Below are positions 1 to 12,651 of a stretch of 43,480 nt of DNA, one piece after another. Positions within the stretch are counted from its first letter, which is position 1. Every line of letters begins with the position of its first letter. Under the pieces are notes generated by a model. That model had not been told where the DNA came from. It saw only the letters and a program-made list of their open reading frames with translations, and ran no database searches. The DNA lies in the NCBI GenBank assembly GCA_964200185.2, contig CAXNAD020000028.1, positions 1 through 43,480 of the forward strand. Direction: 5' to 3'. Origin of the DNA: Choristocarpus tenellus KU-1152. Its lineage: Eukaryota; Protista; Phaeophyceae. The translations under genes and the position numbers were made by a program.

Positions 1-530
1 TGAAGATGATATTGATGTTAATAAAGATGGTGTTGGTGTTAATAAAAGATGATATTGATGTTAATGAAGATGATATTGATGTTAATAAAGATGGTGTTGA
101 TGTTAATAAAAGATGATATTGATGTTAATAAAGATGATATTGATATTAATAAAGATGGTGTTGGTGTTAATAAAAGATGATATTGATGTTAATAAAGATG
201 ATATTGATGTTAATAAAGATGGTGTTGATGTTAATAAAAGATGATATTGATGTTAATAAAGATGATATTGATGTTAATAAAGATGGTGTTGGTGTTAATA
301 AAATATGATATTGATGTTAATAAAGATGATATTGATGTTAATAAAGATGATATTGATGTTAATAAAGATGGTGTTGGTGTTAATAAAAGATGATATTGAT
401 GTTAATAAAGATGGTGTTGGTGTTAATAAAAGATGATATTGATGTTAATAAAGATGATATTGATGTTAATAAAGATGGTGTTGATGTTAATAAAAGATGA
501 TATTGATGTTAATAAAGATGATATTGGTGT
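1..530. repeat. Minisatellite of 21-bp (GATGATATTGATGTTAATAAA) and 22-bp (GATGGTGTTGRTGTTAATAAAA) units, mostly in A-A-B order; probably intronic in SF3B3
   Basis: Direct reading: about 24 tandem units, no C on the + strand until position 534; runs off the left edge of the window. Confidence 0.95.
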
Positions 531-882
531 TTACGGTTTTACTGTTGCTATGACTTGTAGGTAGTCCACCTATAAATACTTCTCATGTTACATATATTGA
601 TTTTCGTATGTTTATCACTATGAATGTTAGTAAGGATTGTGTTCGTAATGTACAATGATAATCTTCTATGAATATAATGGAAGGTATTGTCTTTTGTTTT
701 TGAGTGTGAGATCTGTACCCTTTATTGTCCAACACTATATATATATATATTGTTACTATACAGCATGCACAACAAGTGCAGAGTCCCTTACCCCATAACA
801 TATCCTCTTGGTGCAAACATTTCACTCATGCATGTCACAGCCATGCCATCAATTTTTGTGGTGTAAATGGTTTTTGCTGGTG

Positions 883-927
883 CATGCCTGCCAGTGACAT
901 GCTTGCTAGTGACATGCCTGCCAGTGA
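883..927. repeat. 15-bp tandem repeat x3 (CATGCCTGCCAGTGA)
   Basis: catgcctgccagtga catgcttgctagtga catgcctgccagtga, just upstream of an SF3B3 acceptor. Confidence 0.85.
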
Positions 928-975
928 TAAACTCTCGATGTGTTCCTATTGACCTCTCCCCACTGATACCCCCAG

Positions 976-3900
976 ACAACAATGAAGCTGCTTTTTCGGT
1001 TACACCAGTTACATTCCATAATCGAGGGGGTGAGGCATTTGTTGTCGTGGGCACTGCAAGGGGACTTACCTTCCATCCTCGGAGTCACAAGGGGTGCTTT
1101 GTGCACGTATATAGGTGATGAGGGTGTACACTTAAGAATATTAGATCACTATTATTTTAATGCTATTGCTCTTGCTACCTTAACACTAGTACTTGTATTT
1201 ATAGTATTTATAGTGTTGGAGGGACCGCTACTACTCCATTGCTTGTATTGATAGTATTGATGTAATAATAACATATTGTTTTGTGGAGTTGGTATGTGCA
1301 TGTATCCTGCTGGTTTGCAAAAGTTTTCAATTATTATTATTATTATTATTATTCTAGTGTTACTTCAGTTAGAACATTGAAATTTTAGTTTAAGGCGTAT
1401 CACGAATGTGTTGGTAGATTTAGACAGGTTATTGTGTTTGATGAGAGACACACCTGGTGTGAGATTATTGAATGCAATACATGTTAATTGGAAGTGTGTT
1501 GAACTAGAGTTTGTTGTGAGGGGGATCTTGATTCTATTGTTTGTGTGGGAAAACTAACTGGACGTTTGTACTACTTCCTCTGTTGAGCATCAGTTGAAAC
1601 TGCTCGTGGAGCAGTTCTTTCTGAAGCATTAGTGTGCCTATATAAAACTTCATAGCCCAGGGATCATTCATTGTATTGATCAAGAGACCTGCTGAGAGTT
1701 TAACCTCATCATGAGTTTTTGCAAGCTCCCCATGGAAGATAGTGAAATGATGATATTAGTACCATCTTGTGCATTTTTAGCCTGCCTACCAACTGTTGTG
1801 ACTGATTCTGAACATAGGCAGTACTGTTATTATGATTAATAGTGTATAGTATAGCTTTGAGATAAACTAATCAAATCATGACATGATACAAGGAGTATTG
1901 TCTCAATTAATAAAAAAACAAGATAAGCTGGAGTTTTTGTGATGTGGTAATGAATAAGTATGGTATTGAAGACATCATTGAGGTCCTGTAGCGTACCTGC
2001 CATCGGGTTAGGGAGCTATTGCCTCATGTACAACATACTCTATGTTCAAAGCATGTACATAGACAGAATAGTCCCCAGCTTGGTAGGTACAATGGTACAA
2101 TGCATTTTTAGCCTACCATCACTAACCCTAGTCCCCTACCTCGTCACTGTGTTGTGCACCTTAGTGGATACATTCCACATTCTGGCATATTAAATGACAC
2201 CATTTCCCCCCTGTATTGCCACTTTGTGGAATAATGGGAGTATTGGATTGACAACCATACGCTGGAATAATGATACTGGCAGAGAAATTACGATTCAAAG
2301 TATCTTAGGGTTAGGGTAGAGCCGCGTCCATTTGGGGACCAAAATCCAATGTTGTGATTTTGATGTAATTTTGGCTATTGTATTTGTTTGGAAGTGTCAA
2401 TATCCTTGTTTCAAAGACACCTTTTCATAATGTATACATTTAACATACTCCGAGATATTTTGTAGTATTAAAATGTCATAAAATCCCCGAGAGAAACCAA
2501 ACCCAAATGGACAAACAGGGCAAAACTCGTACCCTCTAACATACTTTCACTCTTACTCGTGAGAACTTTGGCTGTTGCAATTTTCTTGAGACGCTGTACC
2601 CCAAGTCCCTACATGGAATTGGGTATTCTTAATGTAATTTCTTGGAGAATTTGAGGTTAACACAGGAAAATAGTTGAAAAGGCGTTCTCTTCACCTGTAC
2701 CCTCCCCTCTTGAAAATACTCTTATTATTTTTTAGGTAAATACTGTTATTGTGAGGGTAGTTCTGCCGTTACTAAGATGGTGAATTATATTGCATTTATC
2801 ATATATATATATCAGATAGGAATACCGTGCTTTAATGCAATGTATACATGTATAATTAACAGAAGACATGTATTAATACAAGGTGAGGATAAGTTGATTA
2901 TTTTTCAGGGCCGAATATTTGCCATTTAATCCAAGTCTAGATTATTTGAAATGAGCTTACTCTTCATTTGAGTGATGCTTGATTACTTGATTGGTGGGTT
3001 GACTGACCTCTAGTACTATTCAGGTATCAAATTAGTTACGATGCCAAACAAACCAATTAACTTCTAGCAGCAACAGGAGTCAGTCCATACCAGTATTTCC
3101 ACATGCTTGGTAGAACCTCACATAGGGTATACCCTTTGTTCGTGGCAGTGTCACCTATGAACAAAACAACTGCATGAAAGGCTAAGCACTCAAACCTCAT
3201 TCTCCAGTGTGTTGAAAATTGTTTGTAACTTCAGTTTGTCATTCATCAATGACAATGGACATGTAGAAGGTAATACTATTGGTAGTGTATGTGCATATGT
3301 GGCATCTTCATGTTTATTGTCATGTTCCCACTATTTCACTTATAGTAGAAGTAATAGTGACAATGATAGCATATAACCCTAACTCCCCCATGGACATGAT
3401 GATTGTATGCTTGTTACTGTGTGTCAGGGTACTTGAGAACCGATTGGTATTGCTCCACAAGACTGAGGTTCCGGATGTACCACTCACCATGCGAGAATTT
3501 CAGGGTAGATTACTTGTTGGGGTGGGCAAGAGCATCAGGGTGAGCAAATGCTGAAACCTTGTGTTCTTGTGTTCTCATGAGGGGGGACAGGTGTATATAT
3601 ATATTATACATGATCTTTCAGCTTTTACAGCCTATTTCTGAAACAGGTATGTCTTGACTGCAATGTGGTATCATAACAGATACTTGCCAAATGTTGTGTA
3701 ACACTTTGAATTCATCCCAAAATTGGAGGACATGCCATTTGACATTTAGAGACTTGTGATACTCTGAGTTTTTTTTTATGATGTGATGATGTGATAATGT
3801 AGTCTACACAGGAATTGAGGTAACTGTTGTATCTATTATATTAGGGTTGCAATGATGTGTTTTGTGTGGGTGGAATCATTATATTGATTCTATCCATCTC

Positions 3901-6900
3901 CTTAGAAATATCTTCCTTCATACTTTTGCTTTTGGTCATGTCGCTAGTCACGCTCTAGTTGATGTCACCATTATTACTATTACGATAATCCTGCATATGA
4001 TTATTTTGCATCTGAGGCCAATGAAACTAAATGATTATTCAGATCAATAGAGTTGTGTGGAAGTTGATGAATGTAACATACAAACATCATTACACCATAT
4101 CACCACAGTGGTCTGCTTCAGTGTCTTTTGGTGTGTGATAAATGAGATTTGGCCTACTCCAATATGCAATATGCTAGCTACATTACATACAGCAATATAC
4201 CTTGAGTCTAATGCAAACTGGCTCTGAAGGTGGGTAGGAGGTGTGCTGAAATATCGTTGTAGATTACTCCACACAATTTTTTTTTCATGATTATTAATAA
4301 CCAAGAAGAAATAGTGATGCTGCTACTGTCATACTTTTTATGTTAGTACTGGGATTTGCACAAATGGAAGTAGACACACACAGGTGTCTTTCAGGCATTA
4401 CAACTTCCTTAGTTGCCAGTTACCAGTTACTCTTTGTCATACATGTCTGTTTATTCCTGATAACCATCTTGCCTCCTCTAGATGTACGATTTGGGTAAGA
4501 AGAAGCTATTACGAAAGTGTGAGAATAAGCAAATGCCTTCCATGGTGGTTAGCTTGAGTGTGGTGGGTGATCGTGTATTTGCTGGAGACCAAATGGAGAG
4601 CTGTCACTGTTTCAAATATCGCCGGGTGGAGAACCAACTTGTGGAGTTTGCTGATGACCAGGTGAGGTTGTCATTTGTGGATTGTGGCGTCACAAGCCAC
4701 TGGGTAGAGATTTTTCATCCTTAATTTCTTGATACTCTACAAGAAGGGTCACTGAGGTTGATGTTGATACCAAGTAAAAGTTCTGTATGGATGTCAACTG
4801 TAAGTAATAGTGTAATTATCATCAATGAATAATGTGATTTGATATTGGTGAGTTTGAATTTTGAAACTAATGATAATTTAAAGTAGTGTTGTTTTAATGA
4901 CTAAGGCCTGTAGCATTTATAGGTCCATGTATTGCTCTGACCTACAACTCTTCAAATATCTACAATCTGTTTCTTATGCTCTGTGAGAAGGGATTGGCAA
5001 GACACAAAACTGATACTGTACCAAGTAGGAATATTTATCAATTTTATCATCAATATCGTGATATTTGATCATGAGACATTCACTAGACACAGGTCGTTGA
5101 TCATGAGACATTTCACTATGTTTTGTACCTGAGATGACTGTACCTGGTGCCTAATGTGACTGTCAAAGATTTGACCATCAGACGACCTTTTATGCCATAT
5201 GATACATACTATCATGTCATTTCATTCTCACCTGCTGGTAGGTACCACGCTATGTGACCAAGACTTGTTTGTTGGACTATGATAGCATTGCTGGTGCGGA
5301 CAAGTTTGGTAACATCTTTGTTCTGAGGGTTCCTTCTGACGTCAGTGACGATGTTGACAACCCAACAGGTCAGAGGAGTGTATTTATAACAATAATAATA
5401 GTGTCAGACATTTTTCAATGCCCTCTTGTCTTGTTTTTGGCCGTTTTTTGTTGACACATGTGAGTGTTGACACATGTGAGTGTCAGGTCACACTATTTCC
5501 ATTCCTCCTCTTAAATCCCAAGTTAGAAGTGTCACATGTCATTGTCATTATTATTATTATTATTATTATTATTCCTGTTTATGGCAAACCAAGATGGCCT
5601 CTTCTTTTTTCCTCAAGGGATTTTTTTGGAACAGTAGATAACTGTAGATAACTGCTATCGTTTTTTGTGCGTGCTTTTTTGACATAATCATGACTCAAGG
5701 GCAACAACTGAAAACAAGTCCATAACCCTGGGTATAGGTAATGGTTGTTGGATGCATGCAGCAATGGACTGATGTTGCATTGATTCCAGAGGGGTTGTTC
5801 TGTGTAAGAAAATCATCACTACATCAAAATCTGTACCTGGAAGTTTGTTCCCTGTTAAAAGTTCTGAACTGACTGAAGGTATCATGACTAAGATGTGTCT
5901 AGCTATGGAAGTTGATGTTGAGGTTGAGGTTGCTACGGCAAAGGTCACCATTCATGAAGGCCTCAAAGGTGAAAAACTGGGTTAGAAGTATTGTTCAGTA
6001 GACCTCCAAGGTCTATTTAATGCACTCGGAATGGGTGTTGAACTTCACTGTATAGTTAGTAAAATATGTGTATGCATATATTCATGAAATGATCCAAATT
6101 TGTACTTTGGATATTATACTGTGATTGGCTAAAGAATATCATACTTGGAATTGCAACTATAGTGTGAACATTTCAACACTCTTGGTGATGTTTAAAGGAG
6201 ATCATATGGGCTGATTGATCATTTCTTGTGTGATGAAAGACACTATTGATTTGCAGGTCTTGTACTCTTTAAAGATATCAATACCAATCATTCTTGGATC
6301 GCTTTTGAATAATCCCTTGATCTCTTGATGCAAGTCTTCAAACCAATACCATACCATGATATGTACTCTCAATCTATACTACATGTATTGACCAACCTCA
6401 ATGGTGCTGCATCACTGAAATGGGAATTATAAAGTACCAAATGGGACTTCCTTTTTATGAGATAAGTGATGAGATTGAAATTACTAATCACAGGCACCCA
6501 TTTCAATAAAAGATACAGAAAATGAAAATTCCTGGGTTTTTCCCTTTCAATTTCTAAGAATTTTTATCTCATCCCATCATCGTCTCTCCTACATTTCATG
6601 TATTTGTTTTACCAATACTCAATAATATTTCTCAGTAACATAAATTATTTCTACCCCAACTCTGATCAGGATAGATGCATTCCTTACAGAATAATGGGTG
6701 AACTTTACACATCCTGGATGTTTTAAGGATAATGGGATAATGCACTGTATGAATCCCATCATAAGGTTTGACTTTGTATGATGTCTATACCCCGCCTCTT
6801 TGTGCCCCTTCTCAGGGGATTCTCCTAGACAGCATCAAATGTTGCTATTATATTATTGTTTTGTCGACAAAGAATAATAAAATACAGCTGTGTGATTTGT

Positions 6901-8454
6901 GCCCCTAGCTTTACCTGACTTCAAGATGTGCAAGACATTTGCTATTGTATCTGTCATAGTGTACATGTGTTCTGGTTGTCCTTACTGAACATTGCCATAC
7001 CCACACCATGTATGTATGTATATTGTATGTATTTTGGTCAGGTAACCGCCTTCTGTGGGACTCTGGACACCTCAGTGGGGCACCTAATAAGGTGCAGCAA
7101 CTGTCACAGGTGAGTACAAGAGTAGAGCGCTGGCTCTAGCTCTAGCCTAGCTATGCTAATGTGCCAAGTTACAAGAGGCCAAGTTGTGAAATATTGATTG
7201 ATGGGTGCAGCATCAGATTTTGATGTTCCAGACTGTCTTGCTGATTTATGGGGAGTGTACTTCGTTAAAGTGTTTTGTGCTTAGAGTTATTTTATTCTAA
7301 ACCAAAGATACACGGGACAGGAGTGGCTATCCTTGAATATCTCAATTTGTGCACATTGAGAGGTCTGCTAGTTGTCTTGATGAGAGGTAATGTGAGACTA
7401 TCACCCTTTCCACACTTAACATACACCACAAAGGTTCAATTTGAACAGTAAAATAACCCAGTTGCTGTTTGATGGATTTGAATTGGGTCAATGTTGTGAC
7501 GTTTGTTTGTGATAGTCAAAATACATGACCTTCCAATCCCGTTAGGATTTGAATATTTGAATGTGATATAATTTTTTTCTTTTGAGTTCATCAAGCAAGG
7601 GTGATCTGCCCCCATTTGAAACTTGACAAAAAAAAAAAACTCCTTCCTACTCATCTAGTTCCATGTTGGAGAAGTTGTGACATCTCTGCAGAAAACAACA
7701 CTGGTGCCTGGTGGGGCAGAAGTGCTTCTATACACAACTGTTACTGGGTCAATTGGTGCCTTGCTGCCATTCAAGACCAGGTGATAATGCAGACAATAGA
7801 TGCTGTGTGCCAGAAAATGAGAATTCCATCCTGTTGCATGTATCGAATGCAAACGGAATATATTGAATGAATATGTGAGAATTCTTGTGACTAGAAGTAT
7901 TGGGATTTTTATTTTGGCATCCTATGTCCTTTGCTTTGGTCAGGGATGATGTGGACTTCTTCACACACATGGAGATGTATATGCGACAGGAGAAGAACAC
8001 TCTCTGTGGCAGAGACCACATTTCATACCGCTCCTACTATCTCCCTGCTAAGGTCAGTGGATCAACTCTTGTTTTGGACAGATACCATCTTCCTACCAGT
8101 CCTCTCCTATGAGGAGATACACACAAACTACAAATTGGTTTATGTGGCACATAGAAGGTCAACGCACATAATGGTGATCTAATCTAATTGCTGACGAGTC
8201 AAAATCTAGTTTTTGTTTTGTTGAAGGGAAGATGGAATATACGGAATATGCACTAATATTTTTGCAACCAATGACCACACTGACCACATTGTCCTGTTCG
8301 TTTTTTTGACCTGCAGGATGTGGTTGATGGTGAACTCTGTGAGCAGTATTCAAGCCTACCATATGAGAAGCAGAAGGTTGTGGCAACTGGGCTTGACAGG
8401 AGTGTTGGAGAGGTTGTGAAGAAATTGGAAGATGTACGGAACCGACTACTATAG
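976..8454 (+). CDS. SF3B3: Splicing factor 3B subunit 3 (SAP130/Rse1), C-terminal CPSF-A-type propeller region; 5' part lies outside the window
   Basis: Exons 976-1114, 3428-3539, 4482-4661, 5242-5368, 7042-7109, 7659-7780, 7944-8052, 8317-8454 (TAG). All introns GT-AG with matching phases. Peptides NEAAFS, LLHKTEV, FQGRLLVGVG, YDLGKKKLLRKCENK, FADD, LLDYDSIAGADKFGNIFVLR, FHVGEVVTSLQKTTLVPGG, LCGRDHISYRSYY, VDGELCEQY and KKLEDVRNR are characteristic of SF3B3. Confidence 0.96.
2326..2512. mobile_element. MITE-like element, family A, in an SF3B3 intron
   Basis: 11-bp perfect inverted repeat GTCCATTTGGG (2326-2336) / CCCAAATGGAC (2502-2512); terminus and adjacent interior resemble the element at 43318-43429. 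Confidence 0.55.
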
Positions 8455-9351
8455 GATTTTCTTTGAATGTGTTGGGCACACAATACAAGCTGCCCAACCC
8501 TACAGTACAGTATCAAGTCTTGCTCATGGTGGCTCACAAGCTGCTTAGTGTGTCTCATGACCTGCTAATTGAACTTCTCAGCATCATGCAACCTCAACAA
8601 CTGCAGTCTGATGGAAGAACAAAAGCCCTCGGGCATGTTGGTGTGGTAGGCGATTTCATCCCGTACGACCAGTACAGGAGACACCCTAGATATATGGGTG
8701 GGCCAGTAGAAGTACTGTTGTTCCTGGTACAGGTCCACTGTTAAGTTATGGTACATCTTAAAAAAAAAGTCAGCTTTAGTTTACATTGCACTGAGCACAC
8801 CCTTGCATGAATATAATAAGCTCTCCAATCATGAAAAGGCAAGCATTTTATGTGATGCACATTAGTCTGGATTAGACACAACAGTGTTATTCTCTGTCGT
8901 GCATGTGTCTACTGAACCAGGGAGAAACAACAATGAAAGCATGTACTTCCTTTGACAGGTTGTTATTGCCACTTTGTGTTCTACACGTATCATTCACACA
9001 CTACAACAGTACCTAGTGCCATCTTCTCTAAGGACTGTTACATAGTTTGAGGACTGCTCAGCAACTCGTTGAGAATGAGAGTGGGAAAGAGTGTGATGTC
9101 AATATGTATAGAGTGTAAGAACAAAACAAAACGAGTCTTGTTATCAGTTCCTCCATTGTTCAAACATGATGTACCCATATTTGGAGGTGTTGGTGTTCCA
9201 AGACATTATATAAACATGTGGTTTGATTACAATGAAAGCACAAGGAAAGAGCATATTTTGCTTTCCCCCACCAGTCTACTCACAACCAACACCTGAAGTG
9301 AATACTGCCTCAAAAAAACATTCTCTGAAAACAACAGAGTAAAAATAATAA

Positions 9352-9546
9352 AGAGGTAGGCAGGTTCTGGACCTTTTGCATTTTAAGGTGTTCTTGCACA
9401 GGTGTGATACAACTATTACATTCCTTTTTGTGTACAAACAGATCTCCACAAAATTGACATTCCCCGTTTCAACACATAAAATGTCACCACATCTCAGTTG
9501 AGGCCCTTTCCGGAATTGGTCAAAAATGCTAATTTTTGACCAATTC
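9352..9546. mobile_element. Fragment of MITE-like family B ending in a perfect hairpin
   Basis: AGAGGTAGGCAGGTTCTGGACCTTTTGCAT resembles the reverse complement of the right end of the 16275-16502 element; 15-bp perfect stem at 9513-9527/9532-9546. Confidence 0.45.
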
Positions 9547-10962
9547 TTGGGATCCTTAAGAGTGCAACGTTGCCCACTTCTTAAATTTGTTGGCTAAAAA
9601 CGTACAATTCTTGCATTGGGGTCCATGTACGTACATACTTTGGTTGGAGAGTTGAAGTACTAAATGCTGGGGCTTCTTCTGTTGACATTCATATGTGCAA
9701 CTCAAACTTGCTGGGTGTGGGACTATCTACATACACAAGCAACAATTGGCAAAACAAGACTGGACTTCTTAGTTTCTCACCTGCCTCTGTGTGAGTTACT
9801 AAAGTTTGGTCAAAATGTCAAATGTATGTTGAGAGGATATGTCTGCAGTAGCTGCACCAAGTACCTCAAGAGTATTTTGGTATTTATGACATATTATTGA
9901 CTACTTGTGGAATAAAATGTTGATCCCCTCCAAGAGTAGGGTTGGCAAGTATGGTAAAGTTTAATTGAGGATCTATATTACTGCCTATGCTCAAATCGTT
10001 TCTCCCACAATACCAGCGTGTTTAGCAAATTTCGGACTGAGCACTGAAAATGAGGACAAACCAAGGAAATTGGTCGAAATGGTGCCTAAGTTGGCAGAGG
10101 AGATACAATACTCCAGAGTATGCAGCATGTTACTGTGCTATTGTGTTGTGGGAGTGTGAAACAAGGTAGGGAAAATATTTGAACCTCCACTTCATCCAAC
10201 ACACCAACCAGGTTAATGATGAATGTATGTCGTACGTAAGTTGTTACCGCCATGCACTACATTCAGACACCTCCAATAGCATTTCTGACTCTCAGTCCCA
10301 ATTGAGGCGCTTATTGATAGTCCAATCCTCCATAACGATATCTAGCACATTGAACAGCTCTTATTCTCCAAATGCTGTGGTGTCCTCACCAATAATTTCC
10401 CCTGCAGAATCATTACACCTAGCACCACCTGCTTCTGTCTACTGTGGTTTGAGACTAAATGTGCAGTAAGTAGTAGGAGGCTATTACTATGTATTAGTCA
10501 TACCTTCACTTTAACCTGGAAACTATCCCAACCCATGAGCAGAGGTAATGCACACTGCACTACTTCTCAAACTGCTGCATCTAACTGTTTCAGTGGGGCA
10601 TATTGTACTGCCTTCCCTCTTACCTACTTCTTGGAAGTTGGCTTCAGCCATCCCACTGCTTATTGCTCGGCCCCCTCGCCCCTACCTTGTACTGGACCCG
10701 CCTCTCTCTTTGTTCAGGAATTAAGCCTTGGCACCTCGTTCTTGGTCTGGTGTTCTTGTTGAGGCGTATGATCAAAAGACATAATAGCACAAGTGTCCAA
10801 TCCATATTGCTTGCCACGTGGACTTTTAGTAACTGCACCTAGGTATCTATGAGAGGAATTCTGGTGTTGATGGGGTTGGAACCCTCAAAATTCATGGAGA
10901 GAGCAAAAAACATTAGTCACTGAGCTACTACATTATACCAGTATAGTAATGGGCTTACCAAC

Positions 10963-11002
10963 CTATAGCTGTTGCATCCTGACTATAGCTGTTGCATCCT
11001 GA
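10963..11002. repeat. 20-bp perfect tandem duplication (CTATAGCTGTTGCATCCTGA x2)
   Basis: Direct reading. Confidence 0.9.
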
Positions 11003-11963
11003 TTCTACGTAAGCTCTTCAATACAGTTTGAAAAACCCATACAAGTGGTATTACTGGTCTTACTTCATACTGATATTATGCATAAGCACAATTGTTCGAC
11101 CCACCCCTCCCTGCTGTCTCCATCCTTGATACAGATCAAACATTATGGTTTACATAAATGCAAAAAATACTGAGAGAGGGCCTTCTTTGAGCAGGGTCTA
11201 CCACCATCACCATTTGCATAGATAATGAAAGTATAACATTGAACATCATTGTCACCTCTTGTCTAACTTCCTTGCTTGCCTGTCCCAGCAGTTTTAGCAC
11301 CAAACTCCTCTTCTTCCTTCCCAAAGTCACTATCACCAGCTTCATCATCTCCCCTGTGATCACTATATTCCTGAGCAGACCCTTATCATAGTCAGACGGT
11401 GATCGTCCTCGTGATCAATATCCCCTCAGTCTTGTTATTTCATGAGCAGCAACTGCTAATCCTGTAGATTATGGACGAGTGTCATCCTTCTTTTCCCCTT
11501 CGTTTCTCTTTATGCGCCATTGTTCTTCCCCTTCATCATTTGCTGTCGTCATCACTACTGTCTTCTCCTCTTCATGAAGGAAGGCAATAGATAGCCTAGG
11601 AATAATAAAACCCCTTCTTATTAATAAACACTCTACTTCAATGACCAGATGAAAACAAAAATAGAAATGAATTGTCCACATTCTGTATGGAGTTGGGTAC
11701 GTCATCTCTGAGGGGTTACAAAATCAGATACCAAAATATAGCCTTTGTTTTTTGCTTCGTCGTGCCTCCCTTTTGCGCTAACCCTTGCCTCTTGTGTTAT
11801 TACTTACGCCCTACATGCTTTCTACTAATAATAGTCAGTCTCTCTAGTACTTCGTATGTGGTGAAGGGGACCAACAATTTATTCTGCACCTGCGCCTGAC
11901 CCTTCGTCTTCAGCTCCCAGTGAGGATGAGTCATAAAGCCTGTTGTGTTGACCACATACTTAC

Positions 11964-12651
11964 CAGACAAGGCATACACACTGACTGGGACATGACATCA
12001 CCCTCTCTCGCCTCCCTTTTAGAGTTGATTATCTTCTTCCTGACTCTTACTTGGACTGGAGTGCAGTAGTCCTCCACACTGCCTGGGTTCATGCCATAGT
12101 TTCCTCAAACATGATATCTTGGTCTCCCTTCTTGTGCAGGGCTGAATTAAACTCTAGCTTGCATGGATCATCTTGTTTTCACCGCTTGGGTTTGTACATC
12201 AGGCAGGCTCTCGACACCATCAGGTAGAAATTCTGGCTGTTATCTCAACGGTCTCCTTGTCAGGCACAGCCGTCCTCTTCACCTGTTTTTTGTCTGCAAC
12301 GCGTAGCATTCTGTAGTACTCATGCTCAGGGTCCACCTTGTCTGCTTTTGGAGACATGCCCCAGCAATAGAGACCTAATTTGTCCACATCGTATGCTAGC
12401 CGTCCTTTCCCATAACTCTGTGAGGAGGAGGAAACGGTGATGGTAAAAACATGTATGTGGCAAGTACTTGAGGGGCGAGGTCACATGTGATCATGAAATG
12501 GGCCTAAGAGGGAGTCAAATATGGTTGTAAAATGGTTCAATTCCGTTCTCCAGATATATTCAAGTAAACTATTCCTAGATCAACTACTAGACAGACTTAC
12601 TTCAAGTGGAGACGGTGGCGTTGGAGATTGAGGGAATTGTTTATAGTACAT
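11964..12651 (-). pseudogene. Decayed spliced ORF of unknown family (possibly a transposon accessory gene)
   Basis: ATG exon 12651-12601 (MYYKQFPQSPTPPSPLE), GTAAGT donor, CCTCCTCCTCACAG acceptor, in-frame exon from 12417 (SYGKGRLAYDVDKLGLYCWGMSPKADKVDPEHEYYRMLR...), then stops and frameshifts, and a GTAAGT donor at 11963. Confidence 0.4.

Noticed and set aside
1-530. Repeat array as a CRISPR array or Asp-rich coding sequence
   Set aside because: No unique spacers, no cas genes, eukaryotic context; the 22-bp units break any reading frame.
1745-1812. Possible intronic box C/D snoRNA (ATGATGA...CTGA)
   Set aside because: Very short, no recognisable rRNA-antisense element, and its interior (TGCATTTTTAGCCT) recurs near 2101, suggesting repeat debris.
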